Below are positions 57,023-64,000 of a stretch of 64,000 nucleotides of DNA, piece by piece; within the stretch, counting starts at the first letter, position 1, and each line of letters starts with the position of its first letter. The translations under genes and the position numbers were made by a program. The DNA is from Thermoanaerobaculia bacterium (GTDB lineage Bacteria; Acidobacteriota; Thermoanaerobaculia; Multivoradales; Multivoraceae). The DNA is taken from positions 2,880,001 to 2,944,000 of the forward strand of contig OY762911.1 of assembly GCA_963666565.1 (NCBI GenBank). The letters are read 5' to 3'. The notes below the pieces were generated by a model. That model worked only from the letters and a program-made list of their open reading frames with translations, did no database searches and was not told the DNA's origin.

Positions 57023-60000
57023 CTAGAACCGGAACTTGATGTTGGCGCGGACTGTCCGCGGGCGCTGGAAGAACCGGCGCACGGGGTAGACCTCGCCTCG
57101 ACCGTCCCAGTCGCGGCGGCGCTGCTGGTTGGTCGCGTTCAGGACCTCGACCCGGAGTTCGCCACGAACGTCCCGGTAGCCCATGGGGAAGCCCCATGCG
57201 CCGCTCAGGTTGATCGTGTACTCGTCCGCGGTCCGGTGTCCCTCGGCGCCCGCCGGGAAGAGGCGCACGCCGATCCCGCCGTTCGCCGTGCCCGGCCGCG
57301 CGTCGCTGGTCGGGTCGGAGGGAGTGATCGGCGGGCAGGTCCGCAGACCGCTAGGCCTGGAGCCCGGGGCGCAGGTCTTGGTGGCGCTGATGCCGGCGCC
57401 TTCCGACCGGTACCAGGGGGTGCCGGTCTGGAAGGTCAGGTGACCGCCCAGGGTCAGATCCTGGTTGCCGATCCGCCAGGTCTTGAACCCGAAGGAGTTG
57501 TAGATCCAGGTGCGGTCGTACACGTGGTTCGGACCGCGCTGGTTGATCATGCTGCCAGGCATGCCGATGAACTGAGACAGCCGCGCGTGGCAGTCCTCGG
57601 GATACGTCCTCGTCCTGCCGGTGCGGCGATCGGGTTCCGTCTGGCTTTCCTGACAATCGTCGAGGTGCGCCTCGCTGAGGTTCACGTGAGCCAGCTCCAG
57701 GTAGCCGCTGTCCGTGTTGTTCCACCAGACGCCTCCGCCCGTGGTGTCCGTCTCGGACCAGGCGACGTTGTTGTACAGCGCCCAGCCGTCGGCGAACCGG
57801 CGGTTCAACTGGATCTGCAGACCCCGGTAGGCGTTCTTCGCCGGATCCGCGTTGGCGAGGGCCTCGCGGTTGACGGCACTGACGCGGTCGGCTTCATCGA
57901 AGCCGGCTGCGACCCACCTGTCCCTTCTCGCGTCGTCGAAGGCGAGAACGATCTTCTCGAGGTCGTGGTAGTTCTCCGTGATGCCGATGTTGCGGCCCCG
58001 GTAGTCGAGCTGGAAGTTCGAGAACATCATGTCCTGCAACTGCCAGTCGATGTACTTCACATCCAGGGCCCAGTCGGGGCGGAACTGCCACTCGAGGCCG
58101 ATGATCGCCTCCTGCTTGTAGTAGGTCTGGATGTCAAAGTCGTAGTAGCCCTCCTGGACCGCGTCCCACATGAGGCCGGGTTGCGCCAGCTCCCAAGACA
58201 GGTTGTAGCCCGGGATCCCCTCGCCGACCGTGCCGTTGCGGAGCGTGTCGCGCCGCGACGGGTGGTTGCAGTCGTAGCTGACGTAGCCGATCGACCTCAG
58301 GAGGTTCATCCCGAACACGTCCATCGGATCGCAGAAGAGGAAGACCTCGCGGCCCTCGTACCCGTTCCAGAGGTCGTGCATGCTGGGCCTGGCCACATCG
58401 CCGCCGGAGATCCACGCCTGGTTGAGCATCGCGTGGTACTGGCCCCAGGTTGCGTTGAGCAGCAGGGCGCCATCCCCCTTGATGTCGTAGGCGATGTTGA
58501 TCCGAGGATCGACATAGGTGTCGTCCACGACCTGGCGCCGGACATCGTTCCAGGCCTCCTGGACTTCCGCCCGGACGCCGAGGTTGATCACCCAGTGATC
58601 GCCGATCGTGAAGCGGTCACGGGCGAAGAATCCGACGTTGCGGACTTCCGTGTCGCCGCTGCCGCGACCGACGCAGGTGCCGATCGTGCGGACGATCTCG
58701 CCGTTGACTCTCTCGATCTGCGTGGGCCGGTGCGGCAAGCCGTCCGTGTGGTTGCCCTCGCAGGTCAGGAGCGGCGAGTTGTAATCGACGAAGTAGCAGC
58801 CGCGGCCCCGCGTCGTGGCGCCGAGGAAGTTCGGGCTGTCAGGCGACGTGCCGTAGCCCCGCAGCAGGGAACACGAATCGTCTTCCAGGGAACCGGCCTG
58901 GTAGTAGCCGAAGGGGTTGGTGGAGTCGAAACCCCAGCCGTTGAACAGCGGCACGCGGGCGTTCTCGCCCTCCCACTTCGTGTCCTGGTAGTCCAGGCCG
59001 TACTTCAACTCGTGGTTGGCGCCGATGAACTGGGTCAGGCCGACGTTCCCCTGTTCGCGCGGAAACGCGTTGAAACCGAAGCCGTCGGAGAGGATCCAGC
59101 CGTTGTGCCAGGCCTGCAGGTTCTCGTTGTCCCGGTACACGTTGTAGTTGTTGCCGGGATAGAAGATTCCCAGCTCCGGCTTGAACGGGAACCGCAGCGG
59201 GTAGCTCGTGTCGCCGCCCGAGGTGTTCGTTGCGCTATGTCCGGCGATCGGGCCACGGTCGAGCGACTTGGCCTGCAGGCAGGTCTCCACCATGCGCGCC
59301 GAGGCGTTGGGGAAGTTGTCCTGGGCAAGCCACTCGAGGATTGGAAGGCCGTCGACGTTCAGGACCTCGGGGTTCTCCTGCTCCAGCTTGTTGTAGCAGG
59401 CGAGGTACTTGTTCTCCTGCGTCTCCTGGAAGGCGATCTTGGCCTCCAGGTACCAGTTGCTCGAGATGGCGTAGTTCCAGTTGACCGTCGACAGCACGCT
59501 GTCGTTCTCGTGCGGCGTCGGCGTCCAGTAGTCCGATGACGGAATGTGGAAGTAGTTCCGGAACGCCGGCGTGTCGATCGCCGAAGCGGCGAAGGAGTGG
59601 CTGGCGGTCGGCTGCATGTTCAGCTTGAAGATGCGCGCGTCGTTGAACAGGCTGATGTCGTACGGGTCGCCGCCGATCAGCCGCTCTGAGTACGCGTCGT
59701 CGAACTCGCTGACGCCGAGGAAGAACCAGAACTTGTCGCGCTGGATCGGACCGCCCGCGGAGAACTCGTAACCGTCGGAGGCGCCGGCCCACTCGTCGCT
59801 GCCGGGCAGGCAGGGCTCGCGGTTCGTCGTGAACAGCTCCGAACTCAGGTCGCCGGCGGGGATCTTCCCGCGGCCAGCGTCCCGGTCGTCGCCGTGGCAA
59901 CGGCGGAACCAGTCGACCGGATAGGGCTTGTTCTGCCGCTGGTCGAGGGCCGGCTGGTCCTTGTAGTCGGCGCCCCAGTCGATCGCCTGGCGCTGCCAGA

Positions 60001-60727
60001 GCGCGTCGACGTGCCACCGGTTGGTGCCCGACTTGACGATGACGTTCGTCGAGGAGCCGATGTAGCGGCCGTACTCGGCGGAGGCGCCGCCGGCCTCCAT
60101 CGACACTTCGGTGACCGCCGTGGTCGGCAGGAAGACCCTGCTGCCGCCGAACTTGGCGAACGTCGTGTCGACGCCGTCGATGTAGACGCCCTGGTCGGCG
60201 AAGTGGGTGCCGTTGACCGAGGGGCGCGTCTGCTGGATGTCGTCGTTCTCCGCGTCGGCGGTGACGCCGGGCAGGGCGTTGATGACGCCGTAGTAGGTCC
60301 GCGTCGTGCCGGCGGTCTGCTCGCCGATCTCGGACGTCACGGTGCTGCCCGCGGTGATGTTGAACTTGTCGACCATGGGCGTTTCGCCGGTGACGGTGAC
60401 CTCACCCTCGATGGCGGCCTGCAGCGTCAGATCGACTGACTGCCGGTCGCCGGCGGCCGCGTGGAAGGTCGCGGCGGCTTCGCCCAGGCCCTGAAGTTCC
60501 GCCTTCAGGTCGTACTCGCCTGGCACGACGCCGACGAACCGGAACTGGCCGTTCTCGTCCGTGATCGCGAACTTGTCGCCGCGTTCGCTGGACAGGGTGA
60601 TGCTGACGCCTGGAAGCGCCGAGCCTCCCGGGTCAACGATCGTGCCGCTGACGGTTGCGGTCTCCGGTGCGTCGGCGAAGGCGCCGAACGGGACCAGCAT
60701 CATCAGGACCACTGCGAGTCGCTTCAT
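57023..60727 (-). CDS. TonB-dependent receptor (paralogue 2)
   Basis: Highly similar to 48764..52444 along its whole length. Confidence 0.88.
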   Translation of the reverse strand: MKRLAVVLMMLVPFGAFADAPETATVSGTIVDPGGSALPGVSITLSSERGDKFAITDENGQFRFVGVVPGEYDLKAELQGLGEAAATFHAAAGDRQSVDLTLQAAIEGEVTVTGETPMVDKFNITAGSTVTSEIGEQTAGTTRTYYGVINALPGVTADAENDDIQQTRPSVNGTHFADQGVYIDGVDTTFAKFGGSRVFLPTTAVTEVSMEAGGASAEYGRYIGSSTNVIVKSGTNRWHVDALWQRQAIDWGADYKDQPALDQRQNKPYPVDWFRRCHGDDRDAGRGKIPAGDLSSELFTTNREPCLPGSDEWAGASDGYEFSAGGPIQRDKFWFFLGVSEFDDAYSERLIGGDPYDISLFNDARIFKLNMQPTASHSFAASAIDTPAFRNYFHIPSSDYWTPTPHENDSVLSTVNWNYAISSNWYLEAKIAFQETQENKYLACYNKLEQENPEVLNVDGLPILEWLAQDNFPNASARMVETCLQAKSLDRGPIAGHSATNTSGGDTSYPLRFPFKPELGIFYPGNNYNVYRDNENLQAWHNGWILSDGFGFNAFPREQGNVGLTQFIGANHELKYGLDYQDTKWEGENARVPLFNGWGFDSTNPFGYYQAGSLEDDSCSLLRGYGTSPDSPNFLGATTRGRGCYFVDYNSPLLTCEGNHTDGLPHRPTQIERVNGEIVRTIGTCVGRGSGDTEVRNVGFFARDRFTIGDHWVINLGVRAEVQEAWNDVRRQVVDDTYVDPRINIAYDIKGDGALLLNATWGQYHAMLNQAWISGGDVARPSMHDLWNGYEGREVFLFCDPMDVFGMNLLRSIGYVSYDCNHPSRRDTLRNGTVGEGIPGYNLSWELAQPGLMWDAVQEGYYDFDIQTYYKQEAIIGLEWQFRPDWALDVKYIDWQLQDMMFSNFQLDYRGRNIGITENYHDLEKIVLAFDDARRDRWVAAGFDEADRVSAVNREALANADPAKNAYRGLQIQLNRRFADGWALYNNVAWSETDTTGGGVWWNNTDSGYLELAHVNLSEAHLDDCQESQTEPDRRTGRTRTYPEDCHARLSQFIGMPGSMINQRGPNHVYDRTWIYNSFGFKTWRIGNQDLTLGGHLTFQTGTPWYRSEGAGISATKTCAPGSRPSGLRTCPPITPSDPTSDARPGTANGGIGVRLFPAGAEGHRTADEYTINLSGAWGFPMGYRDVRGELRVEVLNATNQQRRRDWDGRGEVYPVRRFFQRPRTVRANIKFRF

Positions 60728-60770
60728 GGAGCTCCTCCTCGGATCAAGTTGTAGGGAAATGCGTGAAGGG

Positions 60771-60851
60771 ACTATACACGAGCGGGGAGGATGTCAAGGG
60801 CGGAGCGGGAGACCGGGCTTGCGGGGCGTGGAGGATCCAGATGGTTGGATC
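60771..60851 (-). promoter_or_regulatory. TBDR2 promoter TTGACA-N15-TATAGT with upstream palindrome GATCCA-N6-TGGATC
   Basis: Conserved with the paralogue 1 upstream region. Confidence 0.55.
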
Positions 60852-60949
60852 GGGACCGGGTACGTCGGCGTCTTGGGGCGTTCGGCGCCGGAAGAGCGAT
60901 CCGGCGGCAGTAGAGCGTTCCTGGAGACGGGCGGCCTCGGTTCAGGCCG

Positions 60950-61324
60950 TCAGCGTTGCGGCTCGCCCGCCAGCGGCACGAGCCGCGAGGCGCGGATTCT
61001 CCGGTCCCGGGTGAGCAGCGGCGCCTTCTCCACGATGCTGGTCGCCGCGATCAACTCGTCGGCCGGGTCGGCCCGGAAGTCGAGTTGGCAACTGGTGTGG
61101 CAGATCGCCGGCGTCAGGGGCCAGATCCGAATCTGGCGCAGGACCCGGCGGACTCTTGGGTCCTCGAGGTCGAACTCGATCCGCCCAAGCTGTGCGAGCT
61201 TGGCGATCTCCCAGAGGACGATCGGCGAGATTCCCCACTCGTTCGCGGCCAGAATCCGGCGTTCGCCGGGACGCAGGGCGTCCTCGAGGGCGTGAATCAG
61301 GATGTGGGTGTCAAGATTCAGCAT
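60950..61324 (-). CDS. vapC: PIN-domain VapC toxin
   Basis: LDTHILI, ISPIVLWEI, DPADELIAAT, LLTRDRRI. Confidence 0.9.
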   Translation of the reverse strand: MLNLDTHILIHALEDALRPGERRILAANEWGISPIVLWEIAKLAQLGRIEFDLEDPRVRRVLRQIRIWPLTPAICHTSCQLDFRADPADELIAATSIVEKAPLLTRDRRIRASRLVPLAGEPQR

Positions 61325-61532
61325 CCCACTTGACGCCGGTGCTCATGATGTCGCCCGTGACGCGGATCTTGCCTCGGAGACTGCCGATCAGGTGCTCCGA
61401 CGTGCGGGCGACCGGGATCAGTTTCGCCACGGGGCGTCCGCGTTTGGTGATGACGATGCCGTCCGGGTCGACCCGATCCAGGATAGCCAGACACTTCTCC
61501 TTGAACTGAGCGGCGGCGATGGTCCGGGTCAT
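61311..61532 (-). CDS. Phd/YefM-family antitoxin
   Basis: MTRTIAAAQFKEKCLAILDRV..IVITKRGRPVAKLIP; overlaps the vapC start. Confidence 0.88.
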   Translation of the reverse strand: MTRTIAAAQFKEKCLAILDRVDPDGIVITKRGRPVAKLIPVARTSEHLIGSLRGKIRVTGDIMSTGVKWDAES

Positions 61533-61583
61533 CTCCGTATCCTCCTTGGGCGTACTCCGCGTCCGTTGCTGCAAAGCGGACAG

Positions 61584-61612
61584 ATCATATGACCGGACGT
61601 TGTTGGTGTCCA
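61584..61612 (-). promoter_or_regulatory. TA promoter TGGACA-N17-TATGAT, with the palindrome TCATATGA over the -10 box
   Basis: Near-consensus boxes with an overlapping palindrome, typical of an autorepressed TA operon. Confidence 0.6.
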
Positions 61613-61693
61613 GAACGGAGCCGTCGCACCGCTGCCGGATGCGTCTACTTGGTGGAGTTTCCCCCGCTTTCGCGGACGGTTCGTGTTTAGGGT

Positions 61694-62554
61694 TCAGGCG
61701 GCTTCGTAGTCCCGGTGGTAGTCGTTCTCGAAGTTGACGGGCGAGAGGTACCCGAGGGCCGGGTGGCGACGATGCGGGTTGTACCAGCCCTCGATGTAGC
61801 GGAAGAGTTCCCTCCTTGCCTCGGCATGGTTCCGGAACGTGGTCCGGTCGAGGAGTTCGCACTCAAGGCTGGCGAAGAGGCTCTCGGCCATCGCGTTGTC
61901 GTAGCAGTCTCCGACCGAGCCCATGGAGAGCCGGATCCCGGCCTTGCGGCAGCGCTTCCCGAACTGGAGCGAAGTGTACTGGCTGCCTCGATCGGAGTGA
62001 TGGACGACCCCCTCGCCCGGGCGGCGCTGGGCGACGGCCATGTTCAGGGCGTCCACCACGAGTTCGGCCCGCGGGCGGCCGGCCATCGCCCAGCCGACGA
62101 TCCGGCGGCTGAAGACGTCCAGCACGATGGCCAGGCAGAGAAAGCCGCACAGCGTCGGCACGTACGTGAAGTCGGCCACCCAGAGGCGGTCGGGCGCTTC
62201 GCTCTCGAACTCCCGGTCGACCAGATCCGGCGCCGGGCGAGCGGTCTTGTCGCGGCGCGTCGTCCGCGGCCTCTTGCGGCGGCTTACGCCGGCCAGGTCC
62301 GACTCTCGCATGAGTCTGGCGACGCGCTTGCGGCTCGCCAGGACGCCCTCGTCGGCCAACTGTGCCTGGATCCGGGGAGCGCCGTAGGTGCCCCGGCTGG
62401 CTTCGTGGATCGACCGAACCCGCTCGGACAGGGCGGCGTCCGCCCGGACCCTGGCCGACGGGACTCGCTTGCGCCACGCGTAGTACCCGCTCGTGGAGAC
62501 GCCGAGCACTCGAGCCATCGCAGCGATCCGGAACTCGGCCTGGTACGCCCTCAT
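61694..62554 (-). CDS. IS3 transposase OrfB (DDE integrase core)
   Basis: YGAPRI, WVADFTYV, DVFSRRIVGW, HHSDRGSQY, DNAMAES, WYNPHRRH. Confidence 0.93.
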   Translation of the reverse strand: MRAYQAEFRIAAMARVLGVSTSGYYAWRKRVPSARVRADAALSERVRSIHEASRGTYGAPRIQAQLADEGVLASRKRVARLMRESDLAGVSRRKRPRTTRRDKTARPAPDLVDREFESEAPDRLWVADFTYVPTLCGFLCLAIVLDVFSRRIVGWAMAGRPRAELVVDALNMAVAQRRPGEGVVHHSDRGSQYTSLQFGKRCRKAGIRLSMGSVGDCYDNAMAESLFASLECELLDRTTFRNHAEARRELFRYIEGWYNPHRRHPALGYLSPVNFENDYHRDYEAA

Positions 62555-62859
62555 GAACCCGTAGACCTCTTGGGCTTTGTCTCCCGGGCGAACCAGGCCG
62601 TTGCTCTTGCCAGTATCTCCCGCTCTTCCCGCAGCCGGCGATTCTCGCGGCGCAGACGGCGGAGCTCTTCGCGCTCCGCCGTGGTCAGTCCGTCAGCGCG
62701 GCGGCCTTCGTCCCGATCCGCCTGCGCCGCCCAGTTGCGGATGGACTGCGCTGAAGGCTCGAACTCGCGGGCGAGTTGGTCCGGGCTGCGCCCGGACCGG
62801 ACCAGATCCACCATCTGGCGCCGGTACTCAGCCGGGTACCGGGGTCTTGATCTTGGCAT
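62551..62859 (-). CDS. IS3 transposase OrfA (HTH)
   Basis: YPAEYRRQMV..LAREF..SIRNW, ELRRLRRENRRLREEREIL; ATGA overlap with orfB. Confidence 0.9.
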   Translation of the reverse strand: MPRSRPRYPAEYRRQMVDLVRSGRSPDQLAREFEPSAQSIRNWAAQADRDEGRRADGLTTAEREELRRLRRENRRLREEREILARATAWFARETKPKRSTGS

Positions 62860-63215
62860 CGTGGGTACCTCCTCCTCCAAGGATGTGGTGTCCACGAAAC
62901 CGGGTCAACCTCAGGAAACACCCCCCGCGGACGACGCGCCGGCCCTGGGCACCCCAACGTCTCTGCTTTCGTCCCGCCATCGATCCGCCTTGCCAACGTG
63001 TGCTCTCCACTATTCAACGGGATGCCCGCTGTGTCACGTACGTTGGCAGAGAGGGCGGCTGCGATCGTGCGGGTCATTCGGATGTCCTTGTGGCGGGCTC
63101 AGCGCCTCTTGGACAGACCATGCGATCGGACACTGTTTGTGTCCAGAGGATCGAGCGCGGTGTTTGGGAAGGTGCGAGTGGCTGGTTGCTGGCCAGCGAC
63201 TGGCGTACTCCGTGC

Positions 63216-63998
63216 CTACTCGGGCGTGGGCTCAAGGGTGACAGTGAAGGGAAGCTCCTCTGGACCCGGATCGAGTTCGAACGCTGCACCCCACCGGTGT
63301 TCGCCGACCCAGAGCGAAACTGTGTAGGCGCCCGGAGTCAAGCAGCCGAGGCCCACCCGGCCGTCCTCCGAGAAGGTCGTACCGGGCAGTGCTCCAGGCA
63401 GATGATGGGCGACCTTGACGCCAGCTTCGGTGTTGACCCGGACGAGGGAGAGGGTTTCGCCCGCACAACTTCGGCCCAAGCACCGGAGCTCCAGCAGGCG
63501 GCCCAATGGCAAGGTGCGATTCAACTGTGCCGTCCGCGCGGCCTCGACCGTCACCTTGTCGGCACCGACACAGGCGCCACCATGACTCCAGAGGACCGTG
63601 ACCTCTCCTGGTGGTACGTTGTCGGCTCGGAGAACGTCGGCGGCCTCGGCGACGAGGCCAGCCGCGGCCAAAGTCTCGTCGGGACCCAGGACGTGAATCC
63701 ATGCACCGACCATCGGAAGACCCGGTGTGGCGAGCCGGACTTCCACTTCGCCGAGTGTCCCCTCGTTGACTTGGAGAGTCTGGAAGGGAAAGTGCATGTC
63801 CGCGTTCAGAGTGAGTTCGGTGTGGGCAAGGCCCGCTCCGGTGTCGGCCTGTAGCCGATAGTGGCCCGGCGGTGCAGGGGGCAGGGTGAAGTACCCATTC
63901 TCTGCCGTGGAGGTGCCGGCGACTTCGAGACCCAGATCGCCGATCAGTGCAACGTGGGCCTGCTTGAGGGTGTGGCCTGCTGGCGGCCGCAGTTCGCC
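63216..63998 (-). CDS. Hypothetical protein with carboxypeptidase-regulatory/prealbumin-like repeats; 5'-partial
   Basis: Frame is open to the window edge; repeated ENGYFTLPPAPPGHYRL, DNVPPGEVTV and DGRVGLGCLTPGAYTV motifs. Confidence 0.6.
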   Translation of the reverse strand, partial: GELRPPAGHTLKQAHVALIGDLGLEVAGTSTAENGYFTLPPAPPGHYRLQADTGAGLAHTELTLNADMHFPFQTLQVNEGTLGEVEVRLATPGLPMVGAWIHVLGPDETLAAAGLVAEAADVLRADNVPPGEVTVLWSHGGACVGADKVTVEAARTAQLNRTLPLGRLLELRCLGRSCAGETLSLVRVNTEAGVKVAHHLPGALPGTTFSEDGRVGLGCLTPGAYTVSLWVGEHRWGAAFELDPGPEELPFTVTLEPTPE

Positions 63999-64000
63999 GC

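Larger units (their letters stand above)
61653..62913 (-). mobile_element. IS3-family insertion sequence
   Basis: orfA/orfB pair; imperfect terminal IRs TGAGGTTGACCCGGTTTCGTGGAC and TGGAGTTTCCCCCGCTTTCGCGGAC. No clear target duplication. Confidence 0.9.

Noticed and set aside
48764-60727. TBDR paralogues as a DGR template/target pair
   Set aside because: Both are full-length genes, with indels and substitutions at all bases rather than a short adenine-specific variable repeat.
62520-62600. Programmed -1 frameshift site in the IS3 element
   Set aside because: No clear A6G/A7-type slippery run; orfA and orfB are joined by an ATGA overlap, so I make no frameshift claim.

Overview
High-GC window, probably from an Acidobacteria-type bacterium (gene content such as paired VWA proteins, large TonB-dependent receptors, ASPIC/UnbV, DUF1501/PSD1 and Uma2 genes points that way; this is inference). 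The main feature is a ~22 kb defence island (about 5.0-26.9 kb) carrying a complete type-1-like BREX set (brxA-like, brxB, brxC, pglX, pglZ, brxL). Between brxC and pglX sits a translationally coupled cassette: an XRE-HTH/ImmA-type regulator with a broken HExxH motif, a UG/Abi-class reverse transcriptase, a separate in-frame nitrilase-domain protein, and an ABC-ATPase plus DUF4276-like pair. An AbiJ/Abi_C-type gene follows brxL. The rest is envelope and metabolic genes separated by REP/REPIN-like repeats. One REPIN copy contains a ~60-bp insert that reads as the EF-Tu (tuf) ribosome-binding site and first nine codons joined to a ribosomal protein S10 (rpsJ) fragment. Two paralogous TonB-dependent receptors flank a small accessory region, followed by a VapBC-type TA pair and an IS3-family element. 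All family assignments come from motif recognition by eye, not from database searches.
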